Source: Dicyema japonicum
Lineage: Eukaryota; Animalia; Dicyemida
DNA length: 64,000 nucleotides
Reading direction: 5' to 3'
NCBI GenBank assembly: GCA_011109175.1
Contig: RDEW01000006.1
Location: 5,612 to 69,611 of the forward strand
In this document: positions 1 to 12,431 of the stretch, piece after piece
Numbering within the stretch: position 1 is the stretch's first letter
Layout: each line of letters begins with the position of its first letter
Made by a program: the position numbers and the translations under genes
The notes under the pieces: generated by a model
Database searches by the model: none
The model's input: only the letters and a program-made list of their open reading frames with translations
What the model was told of the DNA's origin: nothing

Positions 1-329
1 AAATTAGAAGATATTTAATTGACATTTTTTCTAGTGTTATTTTCACGGGTCAATTGTTCAGTTTATAATAGCTTTAATTGACGAAAAGTGACCTTGATTC
101 GGAGAAACCCTCACCTTGGATTTTGGAACACCCTCAATTTTTGAACACTTGGTAGGATCGGTACTAAAGTGGAAAAAACCCTATCAGACAAAAACCTCGA
201 TTTAACAAAATTAACATAAAAAATCTTCTCTCCCGAGGGACATCCGGGTAAACCTGGCTCGTCTAATATTTGGTGACCACCCCTCTTTACCAACTACGTA
301 CGTAAACTGGATGATGTTAAAGATCCTCT

Positions 330-500
330 GTTCATTTTGCAACCTTTCCTAATTGATAGAAAACTACCTTTTTGAATGTCCTGAATTATTAACTGTTCTT
401 CTAAAATACCAAGACTGACCGATCTATGAGAGCGACCGTCATTCCCGCATTCTATTTAATAGCCGCTGGCCTTTTACAAGTTAATGAGGATGAGGTTACT
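330..500 (-). repeat. Three-copy dispersed repeat of unknown origin (also about 15655-15810 +, 54740-54830 +)
   Basis: Shared TCGYT..CATAGAT.GGTCAGTC..GG.A.T.TAGA..AAC.GTT...TAATTCA.GA.ATTCAAA followed by GT. Confidence 0.6.
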
Positions 501-859
501 TAACTAACTATACAAAAATAAATGGCATTCATCCACTCTGAAATATTTACTGAGTTGGATATATTGAATATTCTTATTTTAGACACTACATGAGTTAATG
601 AGATATTAACATGCAATCCTCCTCATTAAAATTATCCGCAATCGAGGACACTGCAATAAAGTTTATTGGACCAGACACAAAATCTAGCCCATTTAAAATT
701 TCTTAATCGAATTACAACGGAGACTCTTAAATGCGGATAGTTTACCGACTTGCCCTCTATTCCATACACTATCGAAATATTTACAATCATACATATATTT
801 TTGAGCCGATGTCATGTCCAACTTGAAGAGCTGTTCAGGATTCTCGACCCCGCCGGACT

Positions 860-960
860 CGTCCTTTCCTTTGTCGGTCTGTGATCACTTAGTTAGATGA
901 GAACTTTTATTTCTTTCTCTTTGACCCTGTGATCCTGGAAGCAAAATGATAATAATAACC
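860..960 (+). mobile_element. 3'-terminal fragment of a LINE family with (TAA)n tail; other copies about 10495-10620 (-), 41800-41900 (+), 54909-55030 (-)
   Basis: Shared GTCTG(T/G)GATCACTTAGTTAGATGAGAACTTTTATTTC...GTGATCCTGG...ATAATAATAA. The GATCAC(T/C)TA core matches the ORF end of the Ingi/Vingi-like element at about 50960. Confidence 0.6.
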
Positions 961-2030
961 TGTGAAAATTGAATCTTTCTTTCCAAACGAGGTGTAGAAA
1001 TATTTTGTGGGTTTTGAAAGAAATTGCGTAAACTAGACATATTTTGATTTAAGCTTAAATTTGCAATGAAATAACAAACTCACCAAATCTCTGGGCTGAG
1101 AAATTTTGTCCAGTTAATAGTAACCCAAATTCGATCTCTAATATTTTGCGACTTAAATTTGGGGGTAAAATATAATTTCCAATCCAAAATCCTCTTTTTC
1201 TCGCAGCTAGTGAACATCGAATTTAGCTTCTCCACCACTCGACCTCACTCACACAATTAATTCTACATGAATGTCCTAATAATGTTAGCACTGTCTCAAA
1301 ATTTAATATAAGTCTAGGAACTCATTTACACGTGGTGCTACTAAGGTCGTCAAGATTTTCATTTAAGACTAGTTGTTCAGTCAGTCAAGCATGCAGGAGA
1401 GTATTCTGGCTTCCAACATCGGGTTGTTAGCAATTTCCTGACATCTTGAATTACTGGTTTGACAAAATGAACATTTAGAATACTTAAAACAGTAGATCTG
1501 GCAAATAAAACTAATTTTGATCGTTCTTGCAGTACATAAACCAACTTTCAGTTAATGAGGCAAAAATTCGACGTCCCCTTATAGTCTGGAATCACTTAGA
1601 AAAATCTTTTCATTTGGTCGGCAATTACAATACGTAACTCACAAGGATGATCCTGTGACTAATCTTCTACCCTTCAATATTTGAGGCGGCAAGGTTTTCG
1701 TATTTTTTCTCGAAATATTCCGTAGTGTGATATCTGCTGGTGTTCTTGAATCTTTTCATAAATTGTTACCAAACAGTTTCCTACACGCCTCTGTGATTAT
1801 ACCTATGACTAGGGCCAGTTTTGTCAATAAAATCAAAAATTAAATGTTCTTTAAAATTTTTTAAACTTATAAAAAATTTATTAATTTTATTGATTTTTAT
1901 TTGTTAAATAAAATAATAGCGTTGATCAATTATCATTATATCTACTGTGGTATGATATCTACTGTTGAGGTATAACTTGCATTTATTATACGGCTGAAAA
2001 AGTTTTTGTTTTGTTCGACGAAACCATTAT

Positions 2031-2600
2031 CGGGAGCAGAAATACACAGTGTTCGAGTGCGTGTTGGAAAATGTATGTCGCGAGAATTCGTGACGACAGT
2101 GGCCACACATCGAGAAGACACCCTCCCTCCAGTATTGTTCGCTGTATACCTTAAATCTATTCTACGAGATCTGAAATATTAAGGGACTATATTATGGAAA
2201 TTCTTTACGCCGATGATGTTGAATTTATCTCGAGTAACAAAGATGCAATCATACTTCAACTGGAGGTAGCACTTTCGCGCCTGGCTATATGGTGTGTATT
2301 TATGAGCGCTTCGAAGACAGATGTCGTCAAGTACAAGGGGATGGAACCAGCAGTACCAAAAAACAGGAGGAAGACCATAAAACAGTTTTGCTTCTTGGGG
2401 ACTCTAAAGTCAATGCCAGAAGGAATTTGTTATCTACGGTGACCATGCAAAAGCTTTTCGAAAGGATAGATTTAAAGGCGTCCGACTCAGATTGTATGAG
2501 GCTACCGTGAAACTAACTCTGGAACATGGGGAATCTCGAAAACCGTGGATAAAAATTCGACTACTTACATATGAATCAACTTCGGTGTCTTGGGATTGAA
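2031..2600 (+). mobile_element. Degenerate RTE-like reverse transcriptase fragment (duplicate at about 42821-43385)
   Basis: Translation: SVRVRVG..REFVTTVGTHREDTLPPVLFAVYLESIL...EILYADDVEFIS, colinear with the RT of 45263-48290. Stops and frameshifts present. Confidence 0.8.
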
Positions 2601-3157
2601 ATTGCTAGCAAGGGGTGATGTATGGTACAAAAGATGCTCCTCCTGAGCTCTGCTTATTTTTTAATAATTTGTATTAATGCCATGACAAATTTTATGAAAG
2701 TGTACAACTGAGATAAATATCTTTTTTATATGCAAACTATATTTCTAAACTAAGATAAAAAACTATTTTTTAATATGCAAACTATATTTCTAAACAGTAT
2801 TTTTTTGTTCAGTCCCGTACCAATTAGTATATGGCCCACCGGTTTGGGACAACTTGTTTACATTAATACAACAATAACTTGTATAAGCAATCTTTTTATT
2901 ATCTCCAAAAGTGCAATTTAAAATTGGAAACTATGTATTCTTTATAAAACAATAAAAATTAAACCATTAAAATTACTAGTTAAAGCAATATGAAAACCAG
3001 TTTTCTAGGTATCAGAACAAAGAGTAATCCCAACCAACACGGGGTACCAGAAGCCATTGCTGTGATCGCAGCCACAACCATTAAATGTCATTAAATCAGA
3101 TTTAGAAATACAGCATACCTTATGAAAGATTTAATTGCAAGAGACTCTTTTATAATA

Positions 3158-3420
3158 TACAGGGTGACTTAGTGGTCAGGTGTCGGGCTTAAGTGGCTTA
3201 GGCTACTGGTTCGAATCTCGCTGCTGTCACCTGGTGGAAGGTTCCACGCATCTACGATGCAGAAAGGGTTTGACGAGTGACGCCGTCATCACTGAATACT
3301 CATTGCGGAACTGAATAGTCTAGAAAGGACACTCACACAAGAAAAAGAAAAAAAAGAAAAAAGTAGAACTTCAAAAAAAGTGAAGTTCTACGATTAGTTA
3401 AAATTAACTGTTCTTTACTT
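3158..3420 (+). mobile_element. tRNA-derived SINE, full-length copy (duplicate 43942-44203)
   Basis: A-box TGACTTAGTGG (3165-3175), B-box GGTTCGAATC (3208-3217), cloverleaf-like head ending TGCTGTC-A-CC. Then a shared body (GACGAGTGACGCCGTCATCA..GAATACTCA..GCGGAACTG) and ACACAAGAAAAAGAAAAAAAG...TTAACTGTTCTTTACTT. Confidence 0.8.
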
Positions 3421-3439
3421 TTATGGTTATCTTAAATTT

Positions 3440-4000
3440 TTAAAACTCAGGTTTCGCAATATATGAAGCGATAGCTAAAAACTGACACACATAATGAAAT
3501 GTCCTCGAAATAATTACTTTTCCCATTAGCCACACCTTATCGGCATGTTAGTTTCTGTCCTTACGTAATTTAAATCAAGAACCATTATTCACATAATCTC
3601 CGTCAAAATGTTCGTTTCGGGATTGCGGCGAGTAACGGAGAATTTTAATTACGTATTCACATTACTTCGTGGATTTTCCACTAACGTGATAATCCTACAA
3701 ACCTGGAACATCGCATCTTAGAAGAGAAAAAATTCAATGCAGTAGTTAACTCGTTGCAGTTTTTGTGAGCCTCAATTAGCAGCTTTTTTAGATTGTTGAC
3801 GTTTGTGATCGGCATATAGTAAGGTTCTCTATCCTCATAGGATCTGGGAGTAATAATACCTGAGCAAATTGGCAATAAGTAAAAAGATGTTTAAATAATG
3901 CTTTTCTTTTACATAAGAATGCATTGTGTACGAATTTGATACTGTCTTTCGCAGTTGTTGTCCACCACTTTTTATCCATAAATTCTGTAAACATCTTGCT
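3440..4000 (-). mobile_element. Probable LTR-retrotransposon (BEL/Pao-like) integrase remnant (duplicate about 44220-44780)
   Basis: REPYYMP..LKKLLIEAHKNC...KMRCSRFVGL resembles the integrase HHCC region. Downstream DGDYV...DKVWLM..ISRTFH resembles GVDYAGP..K.WI.LF..TRA.H. Heavily decayed. Confidence 0.4.
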
Positions 4001-4649
4001 ACTACAAACCAGTTAAATCCTCGGAGGTTTTAACGTATTCGAATTCTACGGTTTATGCGTATGACTCAGAGACTATTATACTATTTTATATTAATATTGG
4101 CCAAGTGTTGGGTCGGAATCGAGCTCAAATATTGGAATCAACTTACTTATGACTCATGTTTGTTGGTCTTATTGTCAATGAAGTAGTCGAACAATTGGAA
4201 AGTCAACTCTGTAGTCAGGAAGCTATTCCTATATATCTTAGTCTTACTTCATCCTGGGACAGACAACTTCCAAACAGCCAGGCGAAAGAAAACACAAAGT
4301 ATATTTCGTAGAGTTTATTTGAACAGTCCAGGGAGTGATTTGGGATCAGCATAATTTCCAGTAGACTGCAGAACATCTAAAAGATCAATTTGAGGTTGAA
4401 CCTAGACGTGTACAATATCTGAGATTGGGGTAACCTTCTTGAATCGGGTCCTCGGTATTTCCAAACAACTCAGGACATATTTGTGAACAGAATTATCAGA
4501 TATGCTTTTTAAAACTGAACTTCTCTTGCAACGATCAAACTATTCACATTTTGAAGTGCTAGGAAAAACACCTTACATATCAAGTTTGATTACAAAAATA
4601 AAAAAACCAAAATAAGGATACTAAAACATAAAATTGGTTAAACCAAATA

Positions 4650-5455
4650 CAAAAGTAATCGAATCATCTTAAATATCTTAGCAGAATCTCAAGTAAACAC
4701 CTCTGATCCTTAACACCTCCAATGCCATCACACCTGCCTTTGCCTGATCACTTTAGGGAGAGTCCACAAAAGCAGTCTTATCCATCCAAATTCCTACAAT
4801 AAAAACAAAAACAAACCAGTTACTGTAAGTGATCCATCACACTGAAAGAAAACACCGTGGATAGGTCGCATGTGTCCTTCCTGATAAAGTCCGGGAAAAC
4901 TAGTAATCTTGTAAATAATTAATCAAACCAGCAAATAGCAAGAAAAAGTCGTGGATGGTGCAAATCTTGTCAAGCAACTCTGGAATGAGAATGTCCACAA
5001 GGTAGACTATTGAGGACTCAATTGTTAAATTTCAAATATTCACTCCCCATCGAAAGAACTAGAGGCCAAGATCAGTTCCCCTGATGATCCCCATCATCTA
5101 TCAGCCAGAATCACAGAATTCTTGTGAACTTAATATTAGGATGATGACTACCTTTAAGAGTCCTAGAGGGATGAGAGTCTGGGAAACTTCAACACTTAAC
5201 GACGACAGTGCATGAGCCAATTACCAAATAAAGGTCAATCTATCAACCCATCCTCTCCGAATAGGCCTTAAATGCTAAAAGTAGAATATAGATTGGCTTT
5301 TTAAGCTTACATTGAAGTTTTTTACTTCTTGTAGTCGGTAGATTTGTCTAATTGGTGTGCCTTGTATAATAGAGAATGAAATCTTCTTTTTAAATTCAAA
5401 TTCAGACAATATTTCAACCTGGACAGCCGGATTCAATTTGTAGCTATGTTGACAT
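4650..5455 (-). pseudogene. PRPF4: PRP4 (U4/U6 snRNP WD40 protein) pseudogene, copy 1, internally deleted, introns retained
   Basis: LYQEGHMRPIHGVFFQCDGSLTVTG-intron-NLDG matches the PRPF4 WD repeat (QEGH..V..I.FQ.DGSL..TGGLD). GT-AG introns at 4794-4816 (23 nt) and 4908-4928 (21 nt). Stops present. Colinear with copy 2. Confidence 0.75.
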
Positions 5456-5681
5456 CACAACATATTAATTAGTTATAATAAACTAACTAACTAATCACAA
5501 CAGATTATATGCTTAAATTAAAAAATCACATTTATTTAATGCAATATTTTTATTATAATTAATATAAAATTTATTAGTAAATGTAATAACTAACGGTTTT
5601 TGATGCAATGTGGTGCTGCGTGGTTAATTAATTGAAGTTTTCTGCATGCTTCTCTGTTCCTCTTCTCTCTCCTACTAGAGT

Positions 5682-5744
5682 GGCGTCATGTGATCCACTT
5701 ATCTAGGTGACGTCCAGTGCCAGGCCGGCACAAAAAAGGATCAT
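5682..5744 (+). ncRNA. HDV-like double-pseudoknot element (candidate ribozyme)
   Basis: P1 GGCGTC/GACGTC; J1/2 AT; P2 GTGATCC/GGATCAT; P3 ACT/GGT; P4 GTGCC/GGCAC; J4/2 AAAAAA, with no C at the putative catalytic position. Confidence 0.6.
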
Positions 5745-5822
5745 TTGTTCTTCCCCACTCCACTGAGGGTATTCCACAACTGCATGTAATGGACGTCTTA
5801 CCTTTTATGCTGATTCCGGATG

Positions 5823-8049
5823 CAATCATTAATGTAAATCATACTCTGCCTTTTATAATCATCGACACTAAACAAATAATCAAGTACAAACTAACGAGTT
5901 CAATTATACTAACATATCTTTCCAACAATAACTACGTTATGCTACAAAAATGTCTTCGACAATGGAGTTCCTTGACTGTGCCAAAATCATACAGTAAATG
6001 ATATACTACACAATTTTAGAATTCACTATGCAATCAAAGAGCTTTTACTGTAGTAATATTGTAATCGTTGTTTTTTAAATATTGTTTCTTCGTAGATTTA
6101 TTCAAAATTCTTTAAATGCCAACAGAAGATTAAAAACGTGTATAATTCAAACTGCTATTATCTATTTACTTTTTAGATAATTGGGAATATGATTTTTGAC
6201 GCTACTGAACAAGCCGAACTTATTGCTGCTCATTTTGTACGACTATTCAACGTTGACGGGGAAAAGGTTGGCCTAATCACTGGTATTCCAGGAAATCTTG
6301 TAAATAAAATCACGGTGGGAGAAGTTATGAAAGCAATAGAGAGACTAAAGTGCAATCGCTCGTCAGGATCGGATAGCATAAGTGCTGAGTTACTAAAGTA
6401 CGGCCCAAAACCCTGGTGGAAATCGTGGCCGAAGTATTAAACGAAATGTTCGAAACCAACGACCTTCTTCCGTTGGGCAAATATATTCTGGTGCTGATTC
6501 AAAAACCGAATAAAAGGGCAGGCCCTGTGGAAAACCTTCACCTAGTCATCTTACTCAATACGCTAAGAAATGTCCATGATCATGTGTTGCAGGATCGTGT
6601 GCAAGAGCCTGTAAATGAATTCCTGTAATCGACCCACAGTGGATTCAGGACAGGGAGATCTACGGCTGATGTGGTCTGGGGGCATAGGTGGCGTTGTACC
6701 AATTACCAAAGATTTGAGAGTTCGACTGCAATTTTGTAGATCGACATGTCGAGAGCTTTCGACACAATTAGCCGAGAATGCGTATTGATGTTTTGCAGGG
6801 ATTCCTTAGTAAGGATTCGGTCAGGATGATAGAAGTTTTATTGTCGAAATAGAATTGACAGTACGAGTTGGGAGTAAGTTGTTCAGAAATTTTTCGACGA
6901 CTGTGGGTAGTACACCTAGGGAGAATCCCATTCCATTTTGCTGTTTTCTGGTATACCAAAATACCGATATTGTATACGCTATAATGTGGATTTCGTATGT
7001 AAAGATAAAGCAGTCTTGAGGCGGTTACTCTACGTTGCCTCTGCAGACCTTGGGAAATAGTTTCTTACGGTAATTACAACTAAAACACAAATTGTGAAAA
7101 TCGTACGCATGGGATCAAGATTGGAAGAGGGATGGAGACATTCCAGAAAGCTCAGCTTCCTCTTCAGGGACTGTGAGGACATTAACCGGAAGAAAGTACT
7201 ATCGAGGTCGAAATAACAGGATGAAGACGGATTGATTGTCTAACAGACCGGAACGATNTACAACTAAAACAGAAATTGTGGAATTCGTACACATGGGATC
7301 AAGATTGGAAGAGGGATGAAGACGTTCCAGAAAGTTCGGCTCCTTCCTCAGGGACATTGAGGACATTTCCCGAAGGAAAGTACTATCGAAGGTCGCAATA
7401 ACAGGATGAAGACGGATTGATTGTCTAACAGACCGGTAACGATCGTGCTTCTTTTGCGCCTTTACAATGCTTCGTGAAGCCGGTCCTTCTATGTAATTCT
7501 TACTTGGTGACCTGGTCTCAGAAACTAAAGATCTTAACTCCTTCCACCGAAAGCAATTATGAATACTGTGCGGGGTACAATGGCTGATAAGGATCACAAT
7601 GAGGCACTGTATTGAAAGTGCTCACGTGCCTGTGACTTGGATGTGGTAGCTCGATGAGAGACTGTTTGGACACATCTACGGATGGACTCACATCTCCAGC
7701 AAATCTGGCAATGGAGGAATATTTCGCTGCAAGTGGAAAGAAATATTGGGGGCGCAAATAGCCACTAGTTGCAAGATACAGTGAGCATTGCCGTGAGAAT
7801 GGGAATTTGTTTTGTTCCGGGACAAAAATTTGTTCTTCAGATACTTCGGTAAAACAAAGTAATCGCTGTAATTGGATAAAATTGGAATTAAGTGGTTGGA
7901 TTTTTATATTCGTTCTCAAGAGTTTGGTACTTAGAATGATAAAACCTGAAGACAATTCTGTTTTAAAATGAAATGATTATAGCTGACAGCTTATGTAAAA
8001 TGAATGTAATCAAATGATGATAAACATGGCAGTTTATTTAACAAAAGTG
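5823..8049 (+). repeat. Composite ~2-kb duplication, copy 1 (copy 2 at 12432-14511)
   Basis: Shared from CAATCATTAAT to GTTTATTTAACAAAA. It contains an AT-rich block (third copy inverted at about 22170-22340), RTE fragments and an unknown 3' block. The two copies carry reciprocal deletions. Confidence 0.9.
6189..7740 (+). mobile_element. Degenerate RTE-clade LINE (RT and C-terminal region)
   Basis: ITVGEVMKAIERLKCNRSSGSDSISAELLKY; LIQKPNK..GPVENL..ILLNTLR; RWRLFGHI..MD..ANLAMEEYF. Confidence 0.85.
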
Positions 8050-8409
8050 AGAGATCCATGGTTGAGATAATATCCAAAATCGTAGTGTAGTATACGTTTA
8101 AAACTGAGAAAATACAATCATTCAGAAGAATTAGCACTGTAGCGAAAAATTTGGTCAAAATATTATTAACTTTTATTTTTTAATTATTTGATTTTCAAAA
8201 TACTGTGGTTAGATTGCATCCTTTCGAAATTTTTAGAAACTTGCAGGGTGATTTGATATAGAACTTATTGGTCTTATCTACTGAATCCGACCATTTTGTT
8301 TTGTCACGGTTCGCCTCCGATTTCTGAGCCATACCAGATATACCTAACGACCGTCCGCTTTTGGTTGTTACTTTCCTGCTAGTTATCGGTTAACTTAATT
8401 GAAGGGACC

Positions 8410-8880
8410 GGGGGAAATTGACGATTCATCAATATTTTCTCATTACCCTATTTTTACGATTTTAATTAAAGGAAATTAATTAACTGTTGGTGATTCTGAC
8501 AAATCTGAAGAAGCTCTCAACTTTTCCCGATGTTGGACTTTCGATCCAGCACAGCTACGAAATGGGCGGGAGGCAATGTTTCCAATATATATTCCTCCGG
8601 CTTGATGTATTATTTATTTCTGCTTTTAGGGGTGGAATGGTCTTTCTCTGGTAGGCACTTCAGTTTTCGAAGGGCGACGAAACCCTTTCAATTTTCGCAG
8701 ATAAGATGGTCGAAAGTCGAATTAGATAATTCTTCCAGTTTTGCCAAGTGTTTTAGTGACGTATTTGCCTCGCGTAGACAGGCTTCGATTTTCAGACAGT
8801 TCGTCCATGAGAGGTTAATTCCCATGTAGCGCAGTCATTGGAAATGATCGGCCCAATGAAATCAGCGTTAATAAATTAAA
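8410..8880 (-). mobile_element. 5'-truncated Ingi/Vingi-like LINE 3' fragment
   Basis: FIGPIISNDCATWGINLSWTNCLKIE, homologous to the C-terminus at about 50790-50970. Confidence 0.75.
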
Positions 8881-9007
8881 TTAACTTATTTGTTCAATTG
8901 CCAACGTTAGTGTGGCGCCACATGGCTACTTAAATTGAAAATTTGCATGTTTGTATCTTCTGTTCTTTCTCTAACCTATTGGCTCCAGAGGATGTTGAAT
9001 TGTTAGC

Positions 9008-9075
9008 TTGCGTCATGTGGTTCACCATCTCTGGTGGCGCAAGATATAATCCTAAATTATATCCGAAAAAATCAT
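9008..9075 (+). ncRNA. HDV-like double-pseudoknot element (candidate ribozyme)
   Basis: P1 TTGCGTC/GGCGCAA; P2 GTGGTT/AATCAT; P3 ACC/GGT; P4 GATATAAT/ATTATATC; J4/2 CGAAAA, with C retained at 9064. Confidence 0.65.
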
Positions 9076-9297
9076 TAGTCAACCATGCAGTGGAGTTATC
9101 AAGTCTTGAAACATGTTAAGCATACGTTTATCAGATAAGCACGTAGATCGAGACCCTACTATTGATCCCGTTTTCTTTTTGGTATCATGGTATTTTCAAG
9201 GAAAATAAGGAAAAAATGGAATGCGTCACCAGTGAGTTGTCTCTAGGCGGTGAAGCGAGAATGGTCTTATTTCTTAGTACATTGATGGCCTTCTGAC

Positions 9298-9935
9298 NNN
9301 NNNNNNNNNNNNNNNNNNNNNNNNNNNNNNNNNNNNNNNNNNNNNNNNNNNNNNNNNNNNNNNNNNNNNNNNNNNNNNNNNNNNNNNNNNNNNNNNNNNN
9401 NNNNNNNNNNNNNNNNNNNNNNNNNNNNNNNNNNNNNNNNNNNNNNNNNNNNNNNNNNNNNNNNNNNNNNNNNNNNNNNNNNNNNNNNNNNNNNNNNNNN
9501 NNNNNNNNNNNNNNNNNNNNNNNNNNNNNNNNNNNNNNNNNNNNNNNNNNNNNNNNNNNNNNNNNNNNNNNNNNNNNNNNNNNNNNNNNNNNNNNNNNNN
9601 NNNNNNNNNNNNNNNNNNNNNNNNNNNNNNNNNNNNNNNNNNNNNNNNNNNNNNNNNNNNNNNNNNNNNNNNNNNNNNNNNNNNNNNNNNNNNNNNNNNN
9701 NNNNNNNNNNNNNNNNNNNNNNNNNNNNNNNNNNNNNNNNNNNNNNNNNNNNNNNNNNNNNNNNNNNNNNNNNNNNNNNNNNNNNNNNNNNNNNNNNNNN
9801 NNNNNNNNNNNNNNNNNNNNNNNNNNNNNNNNNNNNNNNNNNNNNNNNNNNNNNNNNNNNNNNNNNNNNNNNNNNNNNNNNNNNNNNNNNNNNNNNNNNN
9901 NNNNNNNNNNNNNNNNNNNNNNNNNNNNNNNNNNN
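9298..9935. other. Assembly gap (N run)
   Basis: Continuous N; single Ns also occur at 7258 and 14512. Confidence 1.
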
Positions 9936-10800
9936 AGAAGACTGATATACGCTTAAAAACGTTAACAATTGCTAAGAAATGGACATGATTCGAAGGGGAC
10001 CTCAGATTCTAATCCTGATGTGTCTTCGACATTTATTGAGGCAAAGTTGTTTGCTAGTTGCGAGCGTACTTTTATTGGGGAGTTACGGACGAATCAGTCA
10101 ATTGACTATTCTTCAAGACCGCGTACGAAAAAAATTCCTCATGTAAAAGTTGATGTGGATATTCTCGAACGCCTGAACCGTGTGATTAATGCTTGAATTA
10201 AATTTCCTCTATTATTTATGCTGGGCAAACTGCCAATCAAACTCTTACTACAAAGAAATTTGAGCCATCAAAATGGATGGAAAATTGAACAATGGAGATC
10301 ACATTCTGTTTTTATTGAAAAGTTTTTTTACGAAGTCTTTTTATACTGACGAGATGTCTATGGAGTGCCATGCTTTGTCGCTAGTTGGTTACAGGAAAAA
10401 ACAATCCGAAGAAAGGACCAGAATTATGTCTTTTATCCAAGATAAGATTAAGCTAACTGATGTTTTGTCCTTTTTTTACCTGTTCCAATTTATTATTATT
10501 ATTACCCCCAGGATCACTGGGCCAAAGAGGAAGAAATAAAAGTTCTCATCTAACTAAGTGATCCCAGACCGACAAAAAAGATGAAGAGTAAGGCGGGGTC
10601 GAGAATTCTGAACTGCTCTTCTCATTGGAAATGGCATCGGCTCAAAATTTATGTATGATATGATCTTGATATTGTGTGTTCCAATTTATAAAACAAGATA
10701 TTAATAAAGAATTTTAATTATAATTAACATATAAATTTTTAATTTTCAAATTATTTAAAAATATATTTTATTTTCTTGCGTTTTTGTGATGGAACGATGA

Positions 10801-10982
10801 ATAAGAATAGAATGGCTGGCAGAGTAGTTCGGGACCTTTTTCCCTGCCCTGGACCACCGGATGCAAAAGTCGAGGATCTCTGGGAGCGGCCTGTCCGGAC
10901 TGCACGCTCTCTGATGGTCGCCGGCTTCCCACTTGCTGGCGAAGCCGGGGTTAATAATTTAATTTAATATAAGAATAGAATG
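10801..10982 (+). mobile_element. 5'-truncated I-group (Vingi-like) retroposon 3' end, 154 bp, flanked by a 14-bp target-site duplication
   Basis: ATAAGAATAGAATG at 10801-10814 and 10969-10982. The GC-rich insert encodes LFPCPGPPDAKVEDLWERPVRTARSL, resembling the DLW..P..VA.FL C-terminus, and ends in an AAT/TTAAT tail. Confidence 0.8.
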
Positions 10983-12304
10983 TAAATTCCACTGCAGGAC
11001 CTGTCCCAATAAAGAACAATAAAGGTAACAAAACTATTTAAGTACAGTCAGGGGAGGTATCTATTAAAAAGTCAAAGTAAAAGGATACATCAGTGGAATG
11101 AAGCCCTACATTGCAGATGAGGATAACACATCTGGAAGTTAAATCGAGGATGAAAAACTCACTAAGTCAACCTTTATATCAATCTTTTGTGGGGATCAGT
11201 TTGATTTAAAGGCATCAAACACTTACTATAAAAGTACCTTCCAAATCTTACCCTAGACTTCAAGTGGAGCCAAAACTGAGCATGTGGACGACGAGGAGGA
11301 CGATAAGGCAATTTACGAGTGTGGAATGCTTCTGAAACGTAAAATACTATAGAGATAGGTCGAAAGAGAGCAGGAAGACGAGATTAAAATCAGGGAAGAA
11401 GTAGAATAGAGTGAATATGATTAATAGTGGTACAGATAGGATGTTTGCAGAGTCCTTTTCACAGAATTTGGAATTATGTCCTAGATCATTTGCAGACTGT
11501 GGAGTTGGAAAAAAGGATACTTCCTTGCAAAAGAAATGGGGCTGATGCTTGGTTGCAATGTTCTCGTTATTCTAATAGTAATGATAGAAATCACTGAGAT
11601 GGAGACATTTCACATTTAGGATTACTATAATACAAAAAAATATAAACAGTTAGGAAAGAATTTTCCAAAAATTTAGAATTATGAAGAGGAAAACATATAT
11701 AGGAGAATATATGTTTAATGGAAGTCAAAAGTGATAATCTGATAACCAATCTAACAACCTTTGATTAGTCTATTCGTATTTCATACTCGTCATTTGATGT
11801 AGACTACTTGTAATATTCTGGACTAACAAACCCCGATATCCTTTAGTCGTAAATTATATTATTGATTTGATAGGAGAATACTTTTACTATTCTGGACTAA
11901 GAATTTGTTGGATGAATTTTTATGACTTTTACTTGATGTTGTGTGGTCTAATTTTATCGTGTATTGCATTTGTAGTGACAACTCCAATATGCACTTTTGA
12001 TATTCTACATATATCTTAGTTATTATAATATGTTATTTGTCGCTTAACATTTTATCAAAACTCGTAGTGGAATATGGAATTATTTCTCAAATAATTATTA
12101 TTGTTCATATAAGATAAGGTACAAAACGGTAAAAAGCTGTAGACGTTTTCTATTAGAGCTACAATTAAGTTTTGGATTTTTTCATAATCTAAGAAATCCT
12201 GTCTAATAAACTTACATAATTTAGTATTTTTGTTAAAAATTAAAATTATATTACAACCTTAAATGCTAAAATTCTCTCATCAAGCATTCCCTACAAAATT
12301 TAGA

Positions 12305-12368
12305 GTGCATTATGCGGTTCACCTGCTGTGTTGGCTCTTAGCACAAGTTTTTCGTGGAAAAGAACTGT
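12305..12368 (+). ncRNA. HDV-like element, degenerate
   Basis: P2 GCGGTTC/GAACTGT (compensatory), CACC P3 start, CAC/GTG P4, A-rich J4/2. P1 is decayed. Confidence 0.5.
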
Positions 12369-12431
12369 TGGACATTTCATCCCTCTATGATTTTCAGAAG
12401 AGTAATATATTAGTGTCTCATGTTGGCTTCA

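Larger units (their letters stand above)
827..4482 (+). repeat. ~3.6-kb segmental duplication, copy 1 (copy 2 at 41767-45262)
   Basis: Colinear, same-orientation, near-identical sequence from TGAAGAGCTGTTCA to CAGGACATATTT. The ORF track gives near-identical peptides (3681/44461, 3788/44568, 2289/43106). Copy 1 has an extra ~155 bp at about 1240-1395. Confidence 0.95.

Noticed and set aside
7090-7440. Internal tandem duplication of RTE sequence, and the junction at 14512, as biological rearrangements
   Set aside because: Both junctions coincide with single Ns, so they may be scaffold joins.
9267-9968. 233-aa ORF in the track
   Set aside because: Artefact of translating the N gap.
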